DNA of 64,000 nt, from assembly GCF_002105155.1 (NCBI RefSeq), contig NW_019028999.1, positions 1 through 64,000 on the forward strand, written 5' to 3'. Position numbers and translations under genes: made by a program. How positions within the stretch are numbered: position 1 is the stretch's first letter; every line of letters begins with the position of its first letter. The DNA is from Lobosporangium transversale. Taxonomy: Eukaryota. The notes under the pieces are model-generated. The model was not told the DNA's origin and made no database searches. It saw only the letters and a list, made by a program, of their open reading frames with translations. Positions 38,673 through 51,200 of this stretch are shown piece by piece.

Positions 38673-38984
38673 CTAATACTTTAGAATGATGTAGAAGGCA
38701 TGGATGATACCTAAACATCATGAAAAGGAAGCGGATATACAAAAAAAAAAAATTCAATTAGTCCCAAGCAATATATTCAGTGAATTGGGGAGAATGACAG
38801 TGATGATAAAATCAAGAAAAAAAAAAAAAAAAGCGATCGATGACATACCGGGAATATAGCCAAGACAAGTCAAGAGGATGTTGATGAGGAAATCGCAACC
38901 ACAGCCCCTCTCGAGCATGACGCCAAGAGGAGGAAGGATGACGGCGAAGATGAACTTGAAAATGTCAGAGCAGGTGAGAGCCAT
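38673..38984 (-). CDS. PMP3: Plasma membrane proteolipid Pmp3 / UPF0057, 2 exons
   Basis: Exons 38984-38849 and 38710-38673 give MALTCSDIFKFIFAVILPPLGVMLERGCGCDFLINILLTCLGYIPGIIHAFYIILKY*. Confidence 0.95.
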
Positions 38985-39674
38985 ATTTGGATGTTGTGTT
39001 GTAGTTATAGTAGTAGAAAAAAGTTGTGGTAGTTGATGATATGTAGAACGTGAGAATGTGGAAAAGAAAAAAGAGTTGGTTTAATGGAAAATAGAGGTCT
39101 TTTTATACATGATGACCGCCAAGCATTGAGGTACCAAGATACAGTTACCCAAGATCAAGGTCTGTGCTTGCGCGAAATAAAATGTTCTGGCTGAATTTGC
39201 TGTCAAATTCTTGGCTTTGGCTCTCAGCAAATCGATTCATCCATGACATCTTTTGCAACCATTTGTTCCCTTCAGACTTCTTACCCTCTCCTTTTCAGGA
39301 AAAAGATGAAGAAAAGTAATTCCGCCTTTGATCTCTGTGTTTGTCATGCTCTCGTCATTGTCATCATTTATTTATACATTTTTTATTTTTATGTTCCTCG
39401 AATACCAAAATGGACATCTCAAGCGTCAAGCGTTTCCTTCTGCAAGTTGTATTCTTAATATCATTCGTTCTTAGTATGTACTACATGTACATAACTCTTA
39501 CTGCTGTTTTCTTGTGATAAATAGTACCTAAAACGTGATGACACTTTTTTTTTGTAGACTTCATTTATACTGGGAGGAATAACTCTCCTCCGGACCAATT
39601 TACACAAACCGGAACAATAATGCTAAGGCTTGAGAGCATTGGGATCCTCTTCCCTCTTCGCCTCCTCCTTCACT

Positions 39675-40067
39675 CTAACTGAAATATACAGCATTTATTG
39701 TGTCCTGATGTTTCGGTCTCAGATCTCTTTTTACTTCATAGAGAATACGGCTGAAACTTTCTTTTTCATTTGAGACGTAAAAGAGGCCGTTTCTGAGCTG
39801 AGGGAGCCTACCTGTCACCACCGGCGTATTCATCAAGGGGAGGGTTATGCGTAAGAGAATCAACCCGATGGGATGATCTGGCCATGCGAAGTGCTCAGAA
39901 CTCTTTTTTCTTATTTCAAATTGTTCATGCAGGTCCAAAAATGAGGGGGCTAAAAATAACTTTAATGTGTCATTGTCACAGCCACAGCCACAACTGTTGA
40001 GATGTGCTACAGCCAACTCTCTTGAACTCCAAATCTCCTTTTCTTTCAAGACATTTGACTTTGCCAT
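39675..40067 (-). CDS. Hypothetical 130-aa ORF, possibly non-coding or a relic
   Basis: ATG-initiated open frame with protein-like composition and a CGCGC motif. It starts only ~100 nt after the stop of the upstream gene, and no family was recognised. Confidence 0.3.
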   Translation of the reverse strand: MAKSNVLKEKEIWSSRELAVAHLNSCGCGCDNDTLKLFLAPSFLDLHEQFEIRKKSSEHFAWPDHPIGLILLRITLPLMNTPVVTGRLPQLRNGLFYVSNEKESFSRILYEVKRDLRPKHQDTINAVYFS

Positions 40068-40163
40068 ATGATATACATATAAGAATATATAATTATCATC
40101 ATTTCTATTGATATTATTTGTTATCGCCTTTGAGGCTTTTGTGTCTTGAGAATAAAACCAAGT

Positions 40164-43100
40164 TTACATGTCTCGAGCCATGCGGTCAATAATAAGGTGC
40201 CGCTCTTGTGATCGGATCTCGTGAGGAAGAGCTTGGAAGATCTATTGGTTTTTGAAAAAAAAAAAAAAAAAAAAAAAAATTAATCAATAGGCTTTTGGCA
40301 AAAATGCATTAACAAAAGCGCAGGTAATAGCACAACATACCATTTGATACTTGGCAACTGTATCCTTGTCATCACCTTCCAACAGCCGTAAAATGCAATC
40401 ATGCAGTAGCCCATCGACGACTGGAGGATCAATAATACTAGGTGTTACAAATCTACGGAGCTGCAAAAGATTTTTAAACAACCCTATTGTCCTCCACAGG
40501 TATCGTTCACGTGCTTCTTGTCCTTCGCTGGTCAAAATATGCCGTGGCGTGAGAGGTTGTGCAGCCTCTGTAAATTGTGTTCTGTGATCTTCCGCTGTCT
40601 TTAGAATAGCCTTCTGAGTAGCTTCTAAAAGCTGAGCCATTTTATTGTCCTTTTTATCCACATGGTCCAAAAGCTGATCCAAAATTGCTTTGAGGCATTC
40701 TGTCTGCTTGGTAGAATACAAATCAACACCGCCTGCTGCGATGAACTGTGTAATCTTGGGACAAAGGCTCTTAGCAACGACCTTACCCAGCAACTCCTTG
40801 TCCATGTCTTCTTCGTCCTCTCCATCCTCATCCCGATCGCTCTCAGAATCGCTGTGCATATGTGATGATTTTTGAATGATAGTAAAGGAGGCCACTGATT
40901 TGTGCCACGACTGTTCTGGTATATATTGTTGAACGCGTAATGGATTCCAAAGACAAGTCTCTTGACGAACAAAAAAGTCGAATACAAGTGGTAATAAAAG
41001 CCCCCCATACGCCTTGCTGTAGTCCTTTGGATATTCAGTTTTCCAGGCTTGGAAATGTCGTTTAACAGCATCTATAGTTCGGAATTCTACGCCAACCTCC
41101 TTGAAGATATTGGTACGACGTTCTTCCAGGCCCATAACGGCCTCTCCTAAGTCTTGCTCATCTCCTGCGCCGAGCTCATCGTCTGTGGACAATCCATCAT
41201 AGTTTTTGGCTCCATTCCGTGACGGAGACTTCTCATTTGTTTCATCATCAATCTCAGATCGTTTTCTCTGAGCTTGACGACGCGCCCGTTCGGCCCTCCG
41301 TCGTCTCCGAGCGCCATCTGGATCCGCTTTTATACTCCGTCCAAATTCATCAACCTCTGACTGCTCTCCATCCTTATCACCATTGCTCATATGTTCATCA
41401 TCCTCCACCACATTCGCAAATTCTGCCAAATCATCCTTCATATCAAGAACTCTTCGCTCTACCACCAGTTTGGTGCGTTCTGAAAGCATGCTCCTGTACT
41501 CCCGTTCAATCGCTTCCAATTCGGGGAACTTTTCTTCAAAAAATGCAGCCAAGTTTCGGCAGTATGACCGCAGCTCTTGGAAGAATGTATAACGCTGACT
41601 CGCCTTTGACATCGCTTCCTCTGATTCTGCAGTCCGAAGCATAATGTCTGCTTCCTCACGGCGGATTTGATCTAGATGTCTCGTGTGTTGACTATGTCGA
41701 CTCTTCAAATTGTCAATATGTCCTTGAAGTCGTTTTCTAACGCTAACAAGACTTGGGATTGGCGCCGCAGTGGGGACTAGGAACCAAAACATGGTATTAA
41801 AAAAGAGAAAAAAGAGATAGACAGATGGATAGTAATGAAAAGATGTGTATGTCTGGTTAGCGTAATGAAAAACTGATTTTTGTTAAAGCAACCAAACATC
41901 ACTAATTATTCAGCCTTACATGCTACGCTCTTCAAAACAGGGGCATCCAATCCAGTCTTCTTGGTATCTTTTTTAACGATTCCTGCATTGCGAATCTGCT
42001 GCATCTCCCACTCTCTCGTTTCTAGTTCGTCTTCTCCATCCTCATCCCTAATGATAATAACAATATGAGTAAACGCATTGGCATCAAATTACATTCTTCG
42101 ATAACAGGTGGCAAAGATATCTATCAAGGAAAAAATAATGTAACGGAAACGTACATGTTATCAATCAGCTCTTTCCTAGCTTCCCTCTTGATCTTCAAGG
42201 CCCTTCGTTCGGCTTTACTGCCCAGTGCAAGCTTGTCTCCCAAAATATTTTCGAGATCTAAGCCAAAATGGCCAAAGTGAACAATAAATTATGTTAGCAT
42301 ATTAAAATTTCATCCTTTAACAATAAGCGCTTCCAGAATATAAAGGCCGATCTTGGAGATTTTTTTTTTTTCCTACCTGCTTCACCATCGTCCATTTCGT
42401 CGTCTTCTTCTCTGATCAGCCTTGTATTCTTTTCCTCGATGATCTTACAGTAGACGAAACAATAAATAAAGTGTATTTAGGAAATGATATCGTAATACAA
42501 AACAAGCACATAAAAAAATGTTTTTTTTTTTCCTTTTCTCCCGACGTAATCAATATAATAAGATCTCGTACCCTATTATCATCGCCTCCTGTTAAAGAGA
42601 TGAATTCTTCTTCATCATGATCATTCCTTAGGCGCATCTGTTCACGCTTCTTTTTTGCTAGATGAATTGCATGCGCATCCGGGATAATAGTAGGGCCTAA
42701 GAAGGAAAAAATTAAATAAAATAAAAATAAAAATACTTCAATAAATCAATTTAAGGGAGACTAGTAGATTCGAACAGCTCTTATATTAATACTCTTCATA
42801 CATTTCATACCATACCTCCAAGAAGAGTTGGAAATTTTTCTTCCACAAGAGATTCACTAGTGGTTGTGTCAAAAATTCGACTGGATGGTGTAGCAGATTT
42901 AGTTGATTTCCGTAACTCTTCCAATGCTTCTTTACTATAAGAGGTCGTGTTCCCAACAGTTGCTCGACTGGCAATGGCGGGTTGATGCTCATGATGCTGA
43001 TGTTGATTTAAATCTGCTCCATCTTCTGCTCTGCTTCCCCTGTTAAGGGCAAGCCTCCTACTAGCAGAGCTTTTTTTGACTTTGAATGTCTCTTCTGACT

Positions 43101-43572
43101 CCTAAATTTCGGAAAAGATTTTGCATCAATGTCAGTATTTTTTTTTTTTAGTACCTATTACTTTAGGTTGTGATGCGCATAAAGCCTAGCTTACTTGTTC
43201 TTCATCTCCAAAACTTAGAGCTGTACTAATGATTTTCTTCTTGGTCTTCTTAGACTTTGGAACAGATTCAGTAGTGTCTACAACTATGATGTATTTGTAA
43301 CGTGAGAAATACAATCAGTCTTATCAAATAATATTAGAAACATAATCAAACAAAATAAAAGGTAATAGTTCATGTAGGGATAAAAGGCCAACTTATCGAC
43401 ATCTTGACTCTTTTTGGATTTTACCTGTTGTATCGGTGGTAGTAGCAGCAGCAACGGTTGCCACGGTTGAAGTGGGGCCGGTAGTGGTATCAGATGTATC
43501 TACTGCGACTATGTCCACGTCCTCGACATCGATTTTCTTACGGATGTTCCTGTTTTTCCGTGGTGTAAACAT
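40164..43572 (-). CDS. GCFC/PAXBP1/Ntr2-family spliceosome disassembly factor, multi-exon
   Basis: Start MFTPRKNRNIRKK; motifs LSFGDEEQ, YSKEALEELRKST, IPDAHAIHLAKKKREQMR, WEMQQIR, DEFGR and FQAWKTEYPKDYSKAYGGLLLP (GCFC domain). The last exon ends ...RMARDM* at 40164. Confidence 0.88.
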
Positions 43573-44235
43573 TTGAATTATGCTTCCTATGAGCGACCTG
43601 ACTGTGGAGGTGTGAAATGCAACACATTCGAAAAGTGATCACCTCTCAACATGGGCGGCGCGGTGATATGTGGCTTAGCAATAAATTAGACACATATAAA
43701 AAAAAACCTGTCTTCGTCTGTCACAAGAAATTTGGAGTAAAAAAAGAATCCATAACTGATTAACTGATTGAACCTCTCCAAAAAAGGAAGAACACGAAGG
43801 TGATATAGACACTGGTGATGAGAGAACAATTTCAGTTAGAATATTGAAGATCATGACTGAAAAGCTACTTGAAAATCAGGAGCCTACCTCATTTAGAAAA
43901 AATTGGTTTTTTTTGAATAAAATTGAGCACTGTAGAGAGTGCCGAAGAGATCGGACCCAAGATAAAAATATCAGAAAGAAGTATCAGGAGTAAACGAATG
44001 TTCAAATTGTCGCGGTCATACTTTTACTTGTGCGGGTCAAGTGAGAGGAGAGCAAGCAATGTGTTCACTCAGATACCATGCCATTTTTCTAAAGGGGGCT
44101 ACAAGGGATGGACAGGTTGGCCATGCGCAATGGTGATGACGTCGAACCATTTTTAAGAGTATAAAAACCTTGCCTATTCAACTTTTTTTTCTTCACACTT
44201 TTCTAATCCCATTCAAAAATCATTCATCCACAATC

Positions 44236-45381
44236 ATGTCCTGGCAATCATACGTCGACGACCAGCTCATTAAAACCGGTTACGTCGCCAAGGGTGGTAT
44301 CTATGGCCGAGAAGATGGCTCCCTCTGGGCCGCAAGCGAGGGCTTCAAAGTAATGAATTTAAAAGTCCTTTGTTAGTTCTCACAACTTTTTTAATCATCT
44401 AAAGAAGAGGAATCTTGTTAGATGAACATGTTTTAGTTTAGCACAACTGAATCAATTGTGTTCATCTGTTTCCTCATCTCAGGCTGTCAATTTGTTCTCT
44501 AACTTTTGTCCCTTTCTAATACCTCTTTCAAATATTCATTAGCCTAGCGCGGCTGAGATCCAGAGTGTCATTGCCGCCTTTAACAATCCTGCTGATATTC
44601 AGGCCAATGGTCTTTACCTTGAAGGCCATAAGTTCGTCTACCTGAGGGCAACCCCCGATGGAAGTATCCTTGCTCGTAGCGTAAGTCATTCGATCAATTA
44701 TAGATCTCCTTTCTCTCTATTATCATTATCATTTTTATCTTTGACTGCTTCGCAACATGAGTTGACTGGCTTATTAAATGGTCGTCGAGCTGATGACTTG
44801 GTCAAACTTGGAGTGGCATAAGAGGCTTTTTTTTCCATTTTGTAGACATAAATCAATGGACAGGCAGACGGTATAGAGATACAGAGATGATCAAAAGCAG
44901 TGTACACGCGTTTCCAGTCTGGAAGCACGACATTAATAAGCATGCTATCCTGCATTGAGCACAGTGGGAAAAGGATATTACCTTTACCTTTGTCTATGAA
45001 TAGCTTGTGCCCTCATGATATTTTGTTAGTTTTTAAATGAAGGAATCGCAGGAGAAGCTTTCGTCCGACTATCTCTACTGTTTAGATTCATTAAGAAAGT
45101 GCTTAATCTCTAGGTTTGTCAATACTAATCTTATTCTATGTCGAATTAACTAGGGTGCAACTGGTGTTTGCTGCGCTGGGACCCCAAAAACTGTTATTAT
45201 TGGATACTATACTGAGGGCCAGGAGGCCGGTAATTGCAACGTCACTGTCGAACGTTTGGCTGATTACCTCAAGGCCAATGGTTTCGTACGTATCATATTT
45301 ATTTGTAAAGCTCGGTATTCTTTTACTTGACTTCATTGCTAACACGCAATCTTTATGTTAACTTCTTGAATAAATTAGTAA
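44236..45381 (+). CDS. PFY1: Profilin, 4 exons (last exon supplies only the stop codon)
   Basis: Exons 44236-44349 (MSWQSYVDDQL...GSLWAAS), 44542-44680 (NGLYLEGHKFV), 45154-45285 (GTQKTVIIGYY...VERLADYLKANGF), then TAA at 45379-45381. TATA-like TATAAAA at ~44160. Confidence 0.93.
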
Positions 45382-45581
45382 ACGATTCCTCATCGGATAT
45401 TCCTAGCTCTTGTTCAGTTGACCTTTTTGCACATTGCACATGTGAAAAAAAAAAAAAAAAAAGCGTTTTCGCTGTTTTTATTTTATTTATATTTATTATA
45501 CATCTTTCAATTATTGACTGATCGTTACAAATCATTCATAATGAAATAAACGAACAAAAATATACAAGCAGAACAGTAGTT

Positions 45582-47250
45582 TTATTCATCTTCCTCTTCC
45601 GCGTTGTCTTCGTCGTTTCCGTCTTCCTCCGTTTCCACATCATCATCTTCGTACTCGAAGTTATCATCGCCACCACATAACGCCTCAACTTGCTGTCTAA
45701 GATTGGGGTTATCTAAGGTCGAAGTTTCATTTATGATGTACTAATTATTAATATGCAACAGTTTTATACAGTTTAAATGTTTACTGAAAAAAAAAAAAGC
45801 ATCTTACGAGGATCCAATGCCAATGCATGACTGAGTTTCTCTTTGGCAGCTTCCACACGCTCAAGGATCATATCCTCGTCCTCAATTAGACCCGTCGACA
45901 TCAGATAGGCCTGTCCCAACTAATAAGTATAAATAAGTAATTTTTTAAATAAAAAGTTCAATGTCAGAAGTGTAAGTTTGAAAAGTTATAAAATTGGCAG
46001 CCAACTTTTTCCGTACAAGAAATAAGGGCAACGTACTGTTTCCAACGTCTTTGCATCGCCATCCTCGCCTTGCATATTCTCTGCCTTAACTAACATTTCA
46101 ATTGCTCTTTCCAAAAGGCCCTTGGCTGGGTTCTCATCGCCTTCTGCCTGATTGTCGGCTGCTTTCGCTTTATTATAGAGAATAGATCCAAAGAGACTTA
46201 ATGCATCTGCACTTGAATCTACTGCATCAGCCTTGTGCTTTTGTGCATCTTCTAAAAGCTCCAGAGCTCGATCAAAAGTCTTGCAAGCGAGCTCTGTTGA
46301 GCACAGATATGATTTTTTAAAAAAAAGGGCAGCAATTTGGTTATATGCGGATGAGAAATAAATGTATATATTATTATAAACATCTGATTTCTATACACAA
46401 TACCTTGATTGAGCTTGGCGTCCAAAGTGTTACCATACTCATCTAACTCTTGTGCAGCGCGGATCGACTCCTGAGCAAACGTTGATTCAGATTCTGGGGG
46501 GTCCTCTTTCCGTTTCTTCAGTAGGCTCAACCCTTTATCAAAGTTTTCTAGTGCATTATCAATCAGGTTCATTTCTGTTTTGCCAATATGACCTGCGGTC
46601 TCGATCTGCTCTTCCGTTAGTTCATCCTCTTCAAGCTCCAATGTCTTCAATGCTTGACGCCTAATTTCTCCTGCCTGAGAGAGCTGAGCAATACCTAAAC
46701 CGACCAATATATGTCCATTCTGATAGGCTGTCTTTTTGGCTAGTTCATCAAACATTCGGGTTCCATCCTCTAATACCTCCATCGAAGGAATATATCGACC
46801 CATCAGGACTACGCATGTTGCATGCTGGATCTTCGTCACCAGTACTTGTCTAGCCACATCCGTCTCATCATTAAGCTCAATATGTGTCTGTGTCTTTTCC
46901 AAAATCTCAAACTCATCAATAGCTCGGTCAAATAACGCCTTCGCTAGACGTGACAAACTTCTTGTCCCTGATGATCCTAAGGTCGATCCTGCTTCGACAG
47001 CTGCTACCTCATCACGTGCCATTTTGAATACCTCCATCGCAGTGGGTTTGATGTCGAAATGAAGAATGATTTCTCCCTCGGCACATCCTTCACATTCAGG
47101 ATCTTCACAGTCCTCAGTATGCTCTATTTCTGTATCATTATCATTCTTACGAGATTTTTTAGCATTATGCCGAGAAAAAGAAACTGCTTCTCCTGCTTCC
47201 TCAAGCGATGAAGCCGTGCGCTTGAGTGCTGGCGAATCTGTAGGACCCAT
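45582..47250 (-). CDS. Helical-repeat protein resembling Ett1/Nro1 (enhancer of translation termination), multi-exon
   Basis: Basic N-terminus, CEDPECEGC, helical TPR-like segments (LAKALFDRAIDEF, LVGLGIAQL, GQAYLMSTGL) and an acidic C-terminus ending ...EEEDE*. The gene model is solid; the family name is tentative. Confidence 0.6.
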
Positions 47251-48249
47251 GTCTTGTCAGAATTGTACCAAGTGTATGTTTACGTAAAAGGAGGCAAGTT
47301 TTTTTTATAAGTGACTTGCTGGGAGCAGATCTCTTGAATCTATTGCACATGACTAATTAAGATTGGGTATTACGTTTAATATATTTACTTTGTACTCTAA
47401 TCACTCATATTCATGATCAAAAAGAGCTTTCTCAGGCTCCAGCAAACCAGTGAGAAAGTCTTCTTAACTGTAGTTCACAACACATCTACAGACCTGGATT
47501 GCTGAATATTTTCCCTAACGCTTCGAGAAAAATTTTGAGCTCGAGAAATTAGTTCATCTCAGTCAGAGACCTCTCTGTCACAATGGTCAACAAGACGTAG
47601 CCTGTGCTTTGTCGTCGATACAGTCTGTTCAGTTATCATTTCGACAACCCACCTAGTTTAAAAGCATGAAAACCTTGACATCTCTATATCTTGTGTGCAC
47701 CTTGACCAAGGCAAAAATGTATATACCACGAATGGTGCTTACTAATAGTCACCAGAAAGAGCTTTTAAAAGACTCGCATAGCTTCGGAGAGCTTAGCATA
47801 TACATTATGGAAAAACCATTGCAGCGGAAAAGGACATATCGAGCCCAAATGTTCGATACGTGCAATCAATGAGTATGACAATGCTCTACTTGCCAATGCT
47901 ATAATATTGTGTGCAAAGGCTACCATCCACTCAAAGTGATACATACTATTCTAGAGGACACATCGCCATTGACCCATTCCAGTTTTCCATCAACCATGCA
48001 GACAGTGAATATAACCTTCTAATCGCAAATGTATATGCCACATTTCTTTCCTTGAGCCGATACAAAAAAGAAAGACGCGTGCACAATAGCGACACGATCG
48101 ACATCTAGAATACGCCGATCCTTCACATGTGGCAAGGTAAATATGCTTTATTGTAAGCAAATGTTAAAAAACAGAGAAATTGGGATGAACACTCTATCAG
48201 ATTAACATGGGTGTATTATGCCTAACAATGCTGACCAGAACTATTGATA

Positions 48250-51200
48250 CTATCGCGAGGAACCATTTAAAATAAAATGCGCAACTTCACACTCGCTGCA
48301 ATCGCTACATTTGCTGCAAATGAATCGATATCCTTTGGTTACTTCACTTTGAGCAATCAATGGCCCTGCTCTAGGATTGTCGATCTTGGATTCCATTTCC
48401 AAACCTTCGCTCTCCATGTCTTTCAGCCTAAATTGCGTTGATGTCGCTTGCTTGGCCTTATGGCTTCCTTCTTGCAGCGTCGAACGCTGCTCCATATCAT
48501 TAGTAGCTCCATGTTGCCCCAAAAGTTTTCTATTCGCTTCACCCAAACCAACAACACCTCTAATGTTTGTTTTATCAGCATTAAGAGCTGATTGCTTCGT
48601 GCTCCACTTCAAGCGGGTATGACATTGGCCATCTTCTCTCTTAGTAACTTGCCACACCCGAATAGAGCCGTCATCATATCCTGTCACCAGGAAACAACCT
48701 TCGTGGGAAACATTCCATGCAAGGCTCAAAACACACCCGCCTTCGAATGGGATAACATCCAAGCACTGACTTGACTCCGGGTCCCACAGTCGTATGGTCT
48801 TGTCATAACTGCATGAGGCAATGTACTGGCCATCACAAGAAAAAGATATGGCAATTATACGCCCGATGTGCCCTTGAAGCATATGCAACACGGCTCCTGA
48901 TTCAGCATTCACTACACTAATTGGCCCTTTTTCACTTCCAATAACTACCAGTCGGCTAAATGGTGAAAATGCGATCTTTGCTGGACCATTCTTGAAGCCT
49001 GTTGCGCAACAGAGCTCGCCTGTCTCTGCACGTCGTAGTTGCAGTTTTGCAAGGCACTGGATAAATGCTATCTTTTGACTGTCAGGCGAATAAGCCAAAT
49101 AGTGACCAACCAATCTCGTACTCTTTAGTTCATATAGGAGCTCTTCTGACTGCGTTGCCCATACTCTGATTTTGATGCCATCATAAGCGGCAATCTGATG
49201 AGCACTAGGTGAGAATGCTACACATTCCACGCATTTGCCATCCCTCTGCTGAATGCGTATGAGTTGTCCTGTTTGCATGTCCCACACACTCACTTTTCCG
49301 TTTTTGTGACCACAGACAATTTGATGGTCAATAGGCGAAGTATCGAATTCTAGGATATTATCGCTTTGGTTTTCTGGCTCCAAGATATAGGCAATCTGGC
49401 CCAACTGAGTATCCCAAAGGCAAACGCGTGCATCACTGTAACGGTTGCAAGAGGCAAGTAGTTGACCATCGGATGAATATTTGATGGCGTATGCTTGCCT
49501 TTGTAAAACATGAATACATTGTCCTGTCCAACTATCCCACACACGCACTGTACCACCCCGGCTGCATGAAGCTATGTGTTGTCCATTCGGTGAAAGCCTT
49601 ATGTGGATGACTGATTTCGTGTGACCATATGAACCGTGGTTAAACTCTTGTGGTTGTGTGTCCCATAGACGTATGGTTCCATCTTTGCTGAATGATGCAA
49701 TCTGATGGCTATTGGGTGAATATGCCAAACACCGTATAATATTTGAGTGGCCATAAAACGTGTTGGTCTGTTGTCCGGATCGAGCATCCCAAAGCCGTAC
49801 AGTATTATCGCCGGCGCAAGTGGCTATCTGCTCTCCATTTGGCGAGTATTTCAAGTCGGTAATGAGGCCGTTATGAGCTGTAAGAGCATAAACGTCTTTC
49901 TTTGTTTGCATATTCCACTGAACCGCTTTAAACCCACCTAGGGAAGTGGCAAATTTCCCATCTGGAGAATATTGAGCACCCATGAGCGGAGGTTCATGCT
50001 TTAAGGCCCACTCCTTCTGGCCAGATCTAGCATCCCACACATTCAGCGAGTTGGGACCAAGGTCACGAGTGATGATTTCTTGACTGTTAGGAGAATATAC
50101 GATGTTTTTAATCTCAAACTCAGAGCCTTGGAGCTTCAGCATCAGCTTCCTTGATGCCACATCCCATAGCTGCACCATTTTGTCTTCGCCTCCAGTTGCA
50201 AGTTGCTTTCCATCAGGTGAATATACCACGCTTGTCACCTCGCCAATATGTCCCTCTAATGTGTATTGGAGTATGCCAGAGCTGGCATCCCACACATGCA
50301 CTAACCCGTCCTTGCTAGCTGACGCGAGATGGTCGCCACTTGGCGAGTATACTACACAATTAACAGTGCCAGCATGGCCCTCCAAGCTATGAACCACTGC
50401 GCCTGATGTTGTATCATATACAGGAATTGTATTGCTGTCATGCCAAATGGCAATGTGTCGGCTGTCTGGAGAATAGATAAAGTTGTACTCGCTCGCATTA
50501 ACCTTCAAAGCCGTACGCTTCTCCCACGTCAGCGTATCATAAATGCTGACGTAGCCTTCCTTGGTTTGCCGTTCGTAGACAGCTGCAGCCAATGTCTTGC
50601 CATCAGGCGAATAGGATCCCTTGAAGACCTCTCCTTTTTCACGAAGAAGTGGCCATCCACCGAACTGAGCACCTGTCATCCTGGAGTCACTCAGGTCTGC
50701 TTCACGAAGCCAGCAGTTACGAAAGTTGACTTTCCTTAAATCCGCTCCTTGTAGTTGAGCACGCTCGAATATACCATGACTGAGATCGGCTCCTGGGATC
50801 TGGATGCCTCGCAAGTCTACTTCGGTGAATGGTTCCCCTGCCCGGACTAAGACCGTCATTGCATTAGCTGCTGCTATCCGCCACTTGCTGTCACGCTTCG
50901 AGAGTTCCACATACGCATAAAGCTGCTGCTTGAACTTTGCTTCCAGTCGGACACGGTCCTCCAAGAATTGAAGAATAGACGGCTCATTAATAAAGCTCCT
51001 CCATACCAAGGGTGACGTCTCGTCTGGGTCGGCTGAATTAACTTCTCCTTCAATCACATCGTTCGTTTCGGCTTCAAAACTGAATCCAGAACTGAAACTT
51101 TGTCGACGGTTAGTCAATGCTGCTGGTATTTCTCTATCGTTTGCGATCACATTCATCACTTTCTGTGGCTCAAACATCGCTCGTACCACACAGTACTCTA

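Noticed and set aside
48600..50620. WD40 repeats as a het-e-type high-identity tandem array
   Set aside because: The repeats are clearly diverged from one another at the protein level, with no sign of concerted evolution.
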